Assembly (NCBI GenBank): GCA_963828465.1
Contig: CAWHEU010000002.1
Location: forward strand, 128,001-192,000
Length of the DNA: 64,000 nucleotides
Origin: an uncultured Acidobacteriota bacterium
GTDB taxonomy: Bacteria; Actinomycetota; Acidimicrobiia; Spongiisociales; ZC4RG35
Reading direction: 5' to 3'
The position numbers and the translations under genes were made by a program. The first letter of the stretch is position 1; each line of letters opens with the position of its first letter. Shown piece by piece: positions 41,652 through 51,422 of the stretch. Below the pieces are notes generated by a model. It was not told the origin of the DNA, searched no databases, and saw only the letters and a list, made by a program, of their open reading frames with translations.

Positions 41652-42694
41652 AGGTCGGGATGGTCGTCAACGACGTGATCACGGAGCATCCGGAGTACAG
41701 CACCACCCGGCTCGCATTGGCCGCCCAGAAGCGGGGCCACGAGGTGTGGCTGATGGGTGTCGGCGACCTGGCGCACACTTCGTCCGGCGAAGTGACCGCC
41801 CGGGCGCGTAGCCCTCTGGACAAGACGTATCGCTCTTTGAAGAGCTTCCTCGAGGATGTCCAGCGCGACGACGTGGACCCCGAGCTGATCACTGTCGACG
41901 AGCTCGATGTCCTCATGCTCCGCAATGACCCGGCTGAGGACGCCACCGATCGACCCTGGGCGCAGGCCTCGGGTGTGCTCTTCGGTCAACTTGCTGCCGC
42001 GGCAGGAGTGGTGGTCGTGAACGACCCCGTTCATCTCGCCGACGCGATCAACAAGACCTACTTCCAGCACTTCCCGGAGGAGATCCGACCCCGGACTCTC
42101 ATCTCGCGGACGGTCGGGGACATCAAGGACTTCGTCGACGATCTCGGGGGACGGGCGGTGCTCAAGCCACTACAGGGCTCGGGTGGCCAGAGCGTCTTCG
42201 TCATCGCGGGCAAGAAGGGCCAGAACGTGAATCAGATCATCGAGACCATCACCCGCGACGGCTATGTGGTGGTCCAGGAATTCCTCGCGGATGCGGAGAG
42301 AGGTGATGTGCGCCTCTTCGTGATGAATGGGAAGCCCCTAGAGGTGGGCGGGAAGGTCGCCGCCTTCCGTCGGGTCAACGAGGGCGACGATGTCCGCTCC
42401 AACATGCATGTAGGGGGCAAGGCTCAAAAGGTGAAGATCACCGAGGAGATGCTCCACGTCGTCGACCTGGCACGGCCCAAGCTCATCGAAGACGGCATGT
42501 TTCTCGTTGGGCTCGACATCGTCGGGGCCAAGATGATGGAGGCCAATGTCTTCAGCCCTGGCGGGCTGGGAAGCGCCAGCGCGCTGCACGAGGTCGACTT
42601 CGCCGGCGCAGTTGTGGATGCCCTGGAGAGAAAGGTCGAGATCCGGGCAACCTACGGGCGGTCGCTGCCCAACGCTTCGCTCGCCACGATGTAG
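41648..42694 (+). CDS. Glutathione synthetase-like ATP-grasp ligase
   Basis: GTGA-coupled start. LMLRNDP, KPLQGSGG, QEFL..AERGDVR, RSNMHVGG, GLDIVG, EANVFSPGG. Confidence 0.88.
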   Translation: MKVGMVVNDVITEHPEYSTTRLALAAQKRGHEVWLMGVGDLAHTSSGEVTARARSPLDKTYRSLKSFLEDVQRDDVDPELITVDELDVLMLRNDPAEDATDRPWAQASGVLFGQLAAAAGVVVVNDPVHLADAINKTYFQHFPEEIRPRTLISRTVGDIKDFVDDLGGRAVLKPLQGSGGQSVFVIAGKKGQNVNQIIETITRDGYVVVQEFLADAERGDVRLFVMNGKPLEVGGKVAAFRRVNEGDDVRSNMHVGGKAQKVKITEEMLHVVDLARPKLIEDGMFLVGLDIVGAKMMEANVFSPGGLGSASALHEVDFAGAVVDALERKVEIRATYGRSLPNASLATM

Positions 42695-42702
42695 GCGGGG
42701 GA

Positions 42703-45700
42703 TCAGACCGCGACGGGTGACGCGTCGAGCACGAGGGCGGCGGCATCGAAGGGATTGAGTTGGCGGCCGTTGTGACGGGCAGCCTGGAACACAGGGTCGT
42801 CGAGCGAGTCGGCCATGGCGGATAGTGCGTCGAAGAGCCACATGATCAAGGGCCATGGATGCAACCCGATCCGCTCCCTGACTTCCTCCGCCGCGCCCAG
42901 GGCGATCATGCCGAGCTCAGTTTGGCCCTCCGTGAACGAAAGCGAGGCCGCCGCCTCGAGGGCGTAACAGAGGCCCTCCCGATAGTTCATGCCCCGGAAC
43001 ACATCGAAAGAGCGACGGAGGGCGTCTCTCGCTTCGGGGAGTCGGCCCGAGGAGATGTAGGTGAATCCCATCTGCGCTTCGGCCAGGCCGATCAGGGCAC
43101 CATTGCCGAGCTCGAAGCCCAGGTCCCGGGTCGCCACCTGATACTTCTCGGCAGTCTCGACGTCGCCGTTGGACGCGGCCAGGATGCCAAGGGCGATAAA
43201 GGCGTACCCCTCACCCCACCGATCGCCGAACCCGCGGAATCGGGCGAGCGACACCTCCAGCCTCTCGGTCACTATCGCCGGATCCTCGCCGTCCACGGGC
43301 AGCAGGAGAGCCGATACGAAATCGGTCCAATTGTGACAATCGATGTCGCCGTTGGTCTCCAGGATCTCGACCGCCCTACCGATCGACTCCTTCGAGTCCT
43401 CGTATTGACCCATTTCGTACTGAATTCCGCCCCTGAGGTACCAAAAGCGGCCGGCGAGCGTCTCGTCGAGGTCCTCGGGCGAGCCAACAGCAGCTAGATA
43501 CCGGGCGCCGTCTTTGAGGTGGTTCCCTATCCACAGATAGACCCACATACCGAAGGACATCCGCACCAGGGAGGCGTCGTCTCCCTTCTTCATGAGCCAT
43601 TCGGCAGCGACGTCCATGTTGTTCCAATCGGCAGTGAAGCTCTCCACGACGGCGGATTGCTTGGTCCCGCGGAGATCCTCCAGAGAGCCCTCGGCGACCC
43701 GTACGTAGTAATCAGCGTGCCTGTCCTTCATCCACTCGTACTCGCCCGCTTCATGGAGATGACGCAGTCCGAACTCCCTGATGGGCGCCAGCATCCTCAG
43801 ACGGCCCTCACCACCCTGGGCGGGAAGGATGAGGCTGTTCTCGACGAGCACCATCAGCTGGTCGACGGCATCACCTTCCTCGACTGCCACCTCTTGGGCT
43901 GATTCCACAGTGAAGCCCCCCTGAAACACGCACAACCTGCAGAAGAGGGTCTGCTCCTCGCGGGTCAGCAGCTGATAGCTCCAGTCGATGGCAGCATCGA
44001 GAGTCCGTTGCCGGCTGGGGACATCGGCCGCACCGGAGCCGAGAGCGTCGAGAGATTTGGTGAGCCTTTCAGACAGCGCCCCCGGGCTGAGCATGCGGAG
44101 ACGGGCCGCCGCCAATTCGATGGCAAGGGGTAGCCCGTCGACGATGCGAACGATCGAGGCCACCGGCGATGCATTCTCCTCATCGATCGAGAATCCCGGG
44201 ATCACGGCGAGGGCCCGATCGATGAACAAGCGCACCGCATCCGAGGCCGAGACCGAGTCGGGGCGGTCCGAGCCGGTGGCGGGCAGGCCGAGGGGCTCGA
44301 GTGTGTATTCGTACTCGCTCATGATCCGGAGCGGGACGCGACTGGTGGCGAGGACCTTCAGCCCGGGGCTCCGGCCGAGAAGGTCGGCGACCGACGAGCC
44401 TCCTTTGGCCACGTGCTCGAAGTTGTCGATTACAAGCAGCACCTGCTGGTCCTGGAACTCACTCGACAGGGCGTCGATGGCATCGCCCTCGATGGGTATC
44501 CCGGCAGCGCCGCCGATGGCGAGCAGCACATGGTCCGGGTCTGTGATCGCGGCCAGGTTGACGAAGTAGACCCCGTCGGGGAACTCGGCTGAGATGTCCT
44601 CTGCCACCGCCAGAGCGAGACGTGTTTTCCCGATGCCGCCCGGGCCGACGATGGTGGCGAGGCGAACGTTGGGTCGTTGCAGCATCTCTACCAGCTCGGC
44701 CAGCTCCCTACTCCGCCCGACCAAGGTGTTCTGCGATGCCGGGAGCCGCACCCTTGTGATGGATCGGGCTCGGGGAGGGGGGAAGTCGGCCCGAAGCCCT
44801 GGTGCCCGCACCTGGAATAGCTTCTCGACGCGGGAGAGGCCCTTCAGGGCGAAGGAGCCAAGGTCCTTGATCTCCCATCCCGCGTTCTGGGTTTGGCCCT
44901 CGACCAGCTCCCGGACAGGGGCGGACACGACGATCTGCCCTCCATGGGCGGAGGAGGCCACTCGTGATGCCCGGTGGACATCGAGCCCGACGTATCCCCC
45001 TGACCCGATGCGGGCGGTGCCGGTGTGGAGCCCGAGTCGCGCCTTCACCGACGCCGACTCGGGCCAGCTGCGATCGTCGAGAGATTTCTGGATCTCGACA
45101 GTTGCGCTGACGGCCTGGAACGCATCCTGGAAGACGCTGAAAAGACGTTCCCCTTCGAGATCGACCACGGTCCCATCGTGTCGAAGGGTGGCGTCGGCCA
45201 CTACCTGGTGGTATCCGGCCAGGACCTCGGCGTACTGGTCTCCGAGTTGCTCCACGAGCGTGGTCGACCCGGCCAGATCACCGAACATGAAAGTGAGGGT
45301 CCCGGCGGGCAGCGAGTCGTGGTCTGGTTCGGTCTTGGCGAACCTCTCTGCCATCACGGCCGCCAGGTCTTCGACCAGCATCTCCGCCAGCTCGCCAGGT
45401 GACTCGAAGGTCCGGGTCCTCGATCGTGCATCGGAGCGAGCCCGCTCGAGGAGACCGGTCAGGCCGTCCTCACGTTCAGGGGCGGGCTCCTTGACATAGA
45501 TGAGGCCGGGAAGACCAGAACTGGCCTCGAACTCCCGCTCCAGGTCCGACTCCCAGCCGAACGACTGCCAGTAGATGCCCACGAATATGTCGGCGTCCGC
45601 GATCGAAAGCCCGTCTTGCCCGTTGCGGCTGCCGAGATCGACCCCGATAGGGTCGAGCCTCAGGGTCTTGATGGCGGATTTGGCGGCCTCGCGCTCCGAT

Positions 45701-45792
45701 TTGAGCTCACCGAGGGTCGACGAGACAAAGACCCTCAATCTGGGGTCGTGACTGGGCGACTCGAAGCCGCTCCCCTCCCTGGTCGCATCCAC
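42703..45792 (-). CDS. DUF4062 + class III nucleotide cyclase-like + STAND NTPase + TPR protein
   Basis: RVFVSSTLGELKSER; FGDLAGST...RLGLHTG...DVHRASRV; GPGGIGKT; LVIDNFEH; DGLPLAIELAAAR; helical repeats. Confidence 0.88.
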   Translation of the reverse strand: MDATREGSGFESPSHDPRLRVFVSSTLGELKSEREAAKSAIKTLRLDPIGVDLGSRNGQDGLSIADADIFVGIYWQSFGWESDLEREFEASSGLPGLIYVKEPAPEREDGLTGLLERARSDARSRTRTFESPGELAEMLVEDLAAVMAERFAKTEPDHDSLPAGTLTFMFGDLAGSTTLVEQLGDQYAEVLAGYHQVVADATLRHDGTVVDLEGERLFSVFQDAFQAVSATVEIQKSLDDRSWPESASVKARLGLHTGTARIGSGGYVGLDVHRASRVASSAHGGQIVVSAPVRELVEGQTQNAGWEIKDLGSFALKGLSRVEKLFQVRAPGLRADFPPPRARSITRVRLPASQNTLVGRSRELAELVEMLQRPNVRLATIVGPGGIGKTRLALAVAEDISAEFPDGVYFVNLAAITDPDHVLLAIGGAAGIPIEGDAIDALSSEFQDQQVLLVIDNFEHVAKGGSSVADLLGRSPGLKVLATSRVPLRIMSEYEYTLEPLGLPATGSDRPDSVSASDAVRLFIDRALAVIPGFSIDEENASPVASIVRIVDGLPLAIELAAARLRMLSPGALSERLTKSLDALGSGAADVPSRQRTLDAAIDWSYQLLTREEQTLFCRLCVFQGGFTVESAQEVAVEEGDAVDQLMVLVENSLILPAQGGEGRLRMLAPIREFGLRHLHEAGEYEWMKDRHADYYVRVAEGSLEDLRGTKQSAVVESFTADWNNMDVAAEWLMKKGDDASLVRMSFGMWVYLWIGNHLKDGARYLAAVGSPEDLDETLAGRFWYLRGGIQYEMGQYEDSKESIGRAVEILETNGDIDCHNWTDFVSALLLPVDGEDPAIVTERLEVSLARFRGFGDRWGEGYAFIALGILAASNGDVETAEKYQVATRDLGFELGNGALIGLAEAQMGFTYISSGRLPEARDALRRSFDVFRGMNYREGLCYALEAAASLSFTEGQTELGMIALGAAEEVRERIGLHPWPLIMWLFDALSAMADSLDDPVFQAARHNGRQLNPFDAAALVLDASPVAV

Positions 45793-45837
45793 GAGTCATA
45801 ACGGTAGTGAGTCGGCCGGCGCTATATAGGCCGTGGT

Positions 45838-46479
45838 TCAGCGGTCGAGGTGCTCCCAGGCGTCGGTGCTCGGGTGGGGGGAGATGTCCCAGCGGGGCAG
45901 GAAATACTGGACCAGTGGTCCGATGGCCAGGGCAAAGACAATGGTGCCGATGCCGAAGGTGCCGCCGAGGATCCAGCCGAGAGTGAGGACCGTTATCTCG
46001 ATGACGGCGCGGGTGAGCCTGATCGATGGGCCCTTGCGTGCAATCCCGGTCATCAGCCCATCGCGTGGGCCAGGTCCCAGGTTGGCTCCTATGTAGAGAC
46101 CGGAGGCGATTCCGATCAAAACGACCCCGCCGAGCATCATCGACCAGGCCACACCCGTCACCTCGGCCGCCGGGATGACGACGCCGGTCAGGTCGATGAC
46201 GACTCCGATGATGATTGCGTTGAGCAGCGTGCCCAACCCGTAGGGCTGGCGCAACGGCAGCCAGAGGAGGAGCACGGCCACCGAGACGATGATCGACCAA
46301 GCTCCGACCGTGAGCCCGAAGCGTCGGGCCAGCCCCTGGTGCAGGACATCCCACGGTGGCACCCCCATCCCGGATTGCAGCATCAGCCCGATGCCGATGC
46401 CGAACAGGACCAGGCCGATCAACAGTTGTGTGATGCGGCGGGGGAGACGCTCGCCGGCGACCGGGATGAGGTACTTCAA
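45838..46479 (-). CDS. YczE/YyaS/YitT family membrane protein
   Basis: GVPPWDVLHQGL, GPGPRDGLMTG, GIGT. Confidence 0.88.
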   Translation of the reverse strand: MKYLIPVAGERLPRRITQLLIGLVLFGIGIGLMLQSGMGVPPWDVLHQGLARRFGLTVGAWSIIVSVAVLLLWLPLRQPYGLGTLLNAIIIGVVIDLTGVVIPAAEVTGVAWSMMLGGVVLIGIASGLYIGANLGPGPRDGLMTGIARKGPSIRLTRAVIEITVLTLGWILGGTFGIGTIVFALAIGPLVQYFLPRWDISPHPSTDAWEHLDR

Positions 46480-46483
46480 GACC

Positions 46484-47333
46484 TCAACCCCCCAACGCCT
46501 CGGCTATCCGCGGAGGGAGGTCGGTGCTTGTCGGCGGCATGAAGCTGACCAGCACATGATCCGCCCCCAGCTCCCTATAGGTCGCGGCGAGGTCTGCCGT
46601 CTCGGCATGGGTCGCCGGGGTAACGGAACTGGACCGACACCTCGATCTCGCTGCGCTCTCGCCCGATCTCCTCGCACGCCTCGTCGAGACGTCTCAGCGA
46701 GGCGACGAAAAGCTCCGGCTCCGAGCTGAAATCCGGGTAGTTCCACTGGTCTGCCCAGCGAGCCGCCAAGGGAATCGTCCGGCGGGGACCCGAGCCACCG
46801 ATGACGAACGGCGGCCGGGGCTTCTGCACCGGCTTTGGCTCAAAGTGCGCAGAAGTGATGGTCCGATACTTCCCCTTGAAGTCGAACACCTCCTCGGTCA
46901 TCAGCCCGTGCAGGATCTGGAAGGTCTCCTCGAGCATGTCGAAACGCTCCCGGACAGGTCGGAGGTCGATGTCGAAGGCCTCATGCTCACGCTCGTGCCA
47001 ACCGGCACCGACTCCCAGCTCGAGTCTTCCCTGGGACATTCGATCCAGGGTCACCGCCTGCTTGGCCAGTAGGGCGGGATGCCGAAATGTGTTGGCCGTC
47101 AGCATCGTCCCGAACCGGATCCGGGTGGTGACCGCGGCCAGGCCACCGAAGAGGGTCCAGCTGTCCATGATCGGCCGCGACTCCTCGGCCCGAGGCGGGT
47201 AGAGATGGTCGTTCAGCCAGACGGCGTCCCAGAAACCGCCCCGGTCAGCCTCGATCCACACCTCACGCAGCTCGGGCCAGTCCTGATCCTGGGCCCATAC
47301 CTTGAACGAATGCCGGAAGGGGCGCCCGGTCAT
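46484..47333 (-). CDS. LLM-class (probably F420-dependent) oxidoreductase; frameshift near 46608
   Basis: WLNDH, RHPALLAKQAVTLD, GRLELGVGAGW. The shifted frame continues AETADLAATYRELGADHV...EALGG*. Confidence 0.85.
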
Positions 47334-49241
47334 GGGGTTCCCGGTTCGACTACCAGGGGAACCTCGGGCAGGTCGTCGGCCGGGTCGAATCCGAACACTC
47401 TCCCATAGAAGGCGAGCTCCGACTCCAGGCTATGGATGATGTTCTCCGCCTTCCGGAACCCGTGATCCTCGCCCTCGTAGGTGATATGGGCGTGGGGAAC
47501 TCCGTTCTCGGCCAGGCGCGGCGGAGATGAGCTCGGCCTGCTCCGGGGGCACCACCTTGTCATCGAGACCCTGGAACAGGATCACCGGGACCGTGATCTG
47601 GTCGACCGAGTAGAGAGGCGACCGGCGTCGCATCTCCTCCGGGTCGGTGCCGACCAAGCCGTCGAGATAGCGCGACTCGAACTTGTGGGTGTGGTCGGCG
47701 AGAAGCCCGATGTCGGCGACTCCGAAGTAGGACCCACCAGCGCTGAAGGCATCCCCGAACGCGAGGGCGGCCAAGGTGGTGTAACCGCCGGCACTGCCCC
47801 CGGTGATGATGAGCCGGTTGCCGTCGACCTCTCCTTCGGTGGCCAGATATCGGGCGGCGGCGAGACAATCCTCGACATCTGCGATACCCCATGAGTCACG
47901 CAACAGATTCCTGAATCTGCGCCCGTAACCGGTCGAGCCTCGGTAGTTGACGTCTACCAACCCGAAGCCCCTGGTCGTCCAGTACAGGAACGATGGTCTC
48001 AGGCTGGGAAAGACCTGCGACGTCGGTCCCCCATGCACCTTCACGATGAGTGGTGGCTTCTCTCCGTCTGGGCCGTCGAAGTCGGGGTTTGCCGGCGGGT
48101 AGTACACACCGTGGGCCACCTCACCGTCGGCGGTGGGGAAGGTGATGATGCGGGGTGACGGGATGTAGTCGGGCTCGGCGGGCATCGGGTTCGCGCGGAC
48201 CACACTGAGGGCGCCCGTGTCGACGTCGAGCTCGTAGATGGAACTGGGCGTTGCCGGCCCGTGACCGACGAACCAGGCGCGGGACTCACCGTCGGTGACC
48301 AAAAAACCGAGACCGGTGAGGTGGTTGGGCAGGCGTCGGAGACTGCCATCCCGGTCGACGACGCCGAGATGGTTGATCCCGCCTTCCCAGAAGGCGGTGA
48401 GGATCCTTCCCTCGGAGAGAAAGCCGAAGGTGGTGGGGCCGAAAATCCACAACGGCACCCCGAAATCGGCCTCCATCTCGACGATCGCCGCGGAGCGCTC
48501 TCCGTCAAACCGATGCAGATTCCACCACCCGCTCCGGTCGGTTGCGAACACGATGTCACCACCCGGCGACCACTCCGGTTGGAAGATGGATTCATCGGGA
48601 CCGCCGGCGACCTGCTCGATGTCGATCAGCCCGTCCTCGGTGATGGTCCCTGTGTTGAGGAGGGTCCCGTCCCAGGGCATATTGGGGTGATCCCATTCCA
48701 GCCAGAGGAGCTTCGTGCCATCCGAGGAGGGCCGAGGAGAGGCGTAGAAGTCCCGGCCCGAGGCCAGCACGGTCACATTCTGGGTGCCGGGCTCGATCCG
48801 CACGATCTCGTTTACCGCCTCGCCATCACCGTGGCTCTCCCGGACACAGACGATCCTTCCATCGGGAAGGAACCGCCCGTCGGCATAGCGCAATGCACCC
48901 GGCTGGGAGGGCTCGGGTGTGATCGGCCCCTTGCCCAGGAGATAGAGCCGTTGGTCCGAGAGCTCCGAATAGGCCACGCTGCCGTTGCCGACGGTGAATG
49001 CCCCGCCGCCATATTCATGGACCTGGGTTCGCACGTAGATGGGTGGCGCGGTGATGTCGTCGATCTGCCCGGAATCATCCCGACGCACCAGGACCTGGCG
49101 GCCGCCTTCGGATGGGCGCCCTTCCAACCAATAGAGGTTGTCACCGTCTGCCGCGATCTGCCCAAAATCGACGATGCCCCCGACCGTGTCGGCGGCCGAG
49201 ATGGGTGACTCCCAGGTGCCATATGCTCGGGTTTGAACCAT
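47330..49241 (-). CDS. S9 family peptidase (dipeptidyl aminopeptidase/acylaminoacyl peptidase); frameshift near 47520
   Basis: YGTWESPI, HGGPT, GGSAGG, QGLDDKVVPP; EGEDHGFR in ORF 47330..47563. Confidence 0.9.
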
Positions 49242-49317
49242 CGAGGCAGGCTATCGGTGTGCCGGGTGCTCGCACCAATCATTACCTTGTGGCGATGCGA
49301 GCAAACGATTGGCGCCC

Positions 49318-50391
49318 ATGAGCACACAAACCAGAGACGAAGGGCTCTACGACTACGCGCTCAGAGAGCCCAGGCTCCCCGCCCCGGAGAATCGGGAGAA
49401 CGACAACATCGGCATCCCGATCGAGGCGCGGCTCGGGATGTACGAGATGCAGCAGCTTTTGCGCCAGTTCGAAAAGCGGGCGTACGACATGTTCCTCCAG
49501 AACCTCGTGAAAGGGACATCGCATCTGTCCCTGGGTCAGGAGGCCGTGGCCACCGGGTTCGGGCGGGTGATGAGACCCGATGACTTCACGTTTGCCACTT
49601 ATCGCGGCCACGCCCACACGCTGGCCCGGGGGGCCGACCCGGGTGCTGTGCTCGCCGAGCTGCTCGGCAGGGAGAACGGGATCCTCAAGGGCAAGGGCGG
49701 ATCGATGCACCTGACCTCGGTCGAGCACGGGATGATGGGCTCCTACGCCATCATCGGCGCCCATCTCACGATCGCCAACGGGGCGGCATGGTCGGCCCGC
49801 ATGCGAGGGACCGACCAGGTGGCCGTGTGCTTCTTCGGGGACGGGACCACCAACATCGGCGCCTTCCACGAAGCGTTGAACCTGGCCGCGATCTGGGATC
49901 TCCCGGTCGTGTTCGTGTGCGAGAACAACCTCTGGATGGAATACACGCCCATAGACCTGATCACCGCAGTGGCGAACCCGGCGGCGGACCGGGCGTCCGC
50001 CTACGGGCTGGAGGGCATCGTGGTCGACGGGAATGACGCCGACGCCGTCTACCAGGTGGCGACCCAGGCGATCGGGAAGGCCCGACGTGGCGAGGGACCG
50101 TCATTGGTCGAGGCCCAGACCTACCGGGAACAAGGGCACAGTCGGGCGGACCCGGCGAAATACCGTCCCCCCGCCGAGGTGCAGGCCTGGAAGGAGCGGG
50201 ACCCGATCCCGATGTACCACGAGAGATTGCTTCGCCTCGGTGTCCCGGAAGGTGACCTGAGCACGATCCAGCAAGACGTGGCGAAGCGGGTCGACGAGGC
50301 GACCGAATTCGCCAAGGGCGGCGCGGTGCCAGGCGAGGAGCACCTATTGACCGATGTGTGGGCTGACGGAGGCTCGGCATGGCGGAACTGA
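49318..50391 (+). CDS. TPP-dependent dehydrogenase E1 alpha (pyruvate/acetoin dehydrogenase-like)
   Basis: HLSLGQEA, GKGGSMH, FFGDG...CENN, GHSRAD. Confidence 0.92.
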   Translation: MSTQTRDEGLYDYALREPRLPAPENRENDNIGIPIEARLGMYEMQQLLRQFEKRAYDMFLQNLVKGTSHLSLGQEAVATGFGRVMRPDDFTFATYRGHAHTLARGADPGAVLAELLGRENGILKGKGGSMHLTSVEHGMMGSYAIIGAHLTIANGAAWSARMRGTDQVAVCFFGDGTTNIGAFHEALNLAAIWDLPVVFVCENNLWMEYTPIDLITAVANPAADRASAYGLEGIVVDGNDADAVYQVATQAIGKARRGEGPSLVEAQTYREQGHSRADPAKYRPPAEVQAWKERDPIPMYHERLLRLGVPEGDLSTIQQDVAKRVDEATEFAKGGAVPGEEHLLTDVWADGGSAWRN

Positions 50392-51353
50392 CCTATCGGA
50401 ACGCCGTTGCCTATGGCATCGCGCAGGAGATGCGACGCGACCCGAGTCTCGTCATGCTCGGGGAGGACATCGCCGGCGCGGGCGGGGTGTTCAAGACAAC
50501 TGTTGGCCTTGTCGACGAGTTCGGGCCGGACCGCATCCGCGACACCCCGATCTCCGAGCAGGCGATCCTCGGCGCGGCGATGGGCGCCGCCATGACCGGA
50601 ATCCCGGTGATCGCCGAGATCATGTTCTCCGATTTCATCGCGGTGTGCTTCGATCTGTTGGCCAACGAGATCGCCAAGTCGCGCTACATGACCGGGGGGC
50701 AGGTGACGATCCCGATCGTGGTTCGCACCGCCAACGGAGGCGGATCGCGATTTGGGGCACAGCATTCCCAGAGCGTGGAGAACTGGGTGATGATGATCCC
50801 GGGTCTCAAGGTTGTGGCACCATCCACACCGTTGGACGTGGTCGGCCTGCTGGCTGCTTCGATACGTGATCCTGACCCCGTGGTCTTCCTGGAGCACAAG
50901 TCGTTGATGGCCGACAAGCAGGACGTCCCGGAGGGCGAGATCCTCGACAAACTGGGGGCGGCCAGGGTGGTCCGCGAGGGCACCGACTGCACGATCGCCG
51001 CGCTTGCCTTGATGGTCCCGCGCGCCCTAGAAGCGGCCGATCGCTTAGAGGATCAGGGGATCTCGGCTGAGGTCATCGATGTGCGCACGCTCGTGCCTCT
51101 CGACACCCAGACCATCCTCGGGTCCGTGAGCAAGACCAGCAGGCTGTTCACCGTCGAGGAGAACCCCCGGCTCTGTGGTTGGGGGGCTGAGATTGCCTCC
51201 ATCGTGGCCGATGAGGTTTTTTGGGACCTCGACGGCCCGGTGGTCCGCATTACGACGCCGCATATCCCCCTGCCCGCCGCGGAAGCGTTGGAGGACATGG
51301 CGATTCCGTCCGTCGATCGGATCACCGAGACGGTCACCAAACGCATGGGTTGA
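50379..51353 (+). CDS. TPP-dependent dehydrogenase E1 beta
   Basis: DTPISEQ, EIMFSDF, GAQHSQ, EVIDVRTLVPLD. Confidence 0.92.
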   Translation: MAELTYRNAVAYGIAQEMRRDPSLVMLGEDIAGAGGVFKTTVGLVDEFGPDRIRDTPISEQAILGAAMGAAMTGIPVIAEIMFSDFIAVCFDLLANEIAKSRYMTGGQVTIPIVVRTANGGGSRFGAQHSQSVENWVMMIPGLKVVAPSTPLDVVGLLAASIRDPDPVVFLEHKSLMADKQDVPEGEILDKLGAARVVREGTDCTIAALALMVPRALEAADRLEDQGISAEVIDVRTLVPLDTQTILGSVSKTSRLFTVEENPRLCGWGAEIASIVADEVFWDLDGPVVRITTPHIPLPAAEALEDMAIPSVDRITETVTKRMG

Positions 51354-51386
51354 GGCGCCGGGAAGGGCGGGAATTCGGATCTGGGC

Positions 51387-51413
51387 TAAACCCCGGCGTC
51401 TGACAGCCGAGAC
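51387..51413 (+). promoter_or_regulatory. Candidate sigma28-like promoter
   Basis: TAAA-N15-GCCGAGAC ending 9 nt before ATG 51423. Confidence 0.4.
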
Positions 51414-51422
51414 AATTACTAC

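Noticed and set aside
40361-42694. 777-aa DUF1704-GshB fusion ORF
   Set aside because: Caused by an extra base near 41172. The middle section is off-frame, and the ligase has its own GTGA-coupled start at 41648.
2100-47530. Programmed ribosomal frameshifting
   Set aside because: No shared slippery sequence, unrelated gene families, and a frequency that fits sequencing error.
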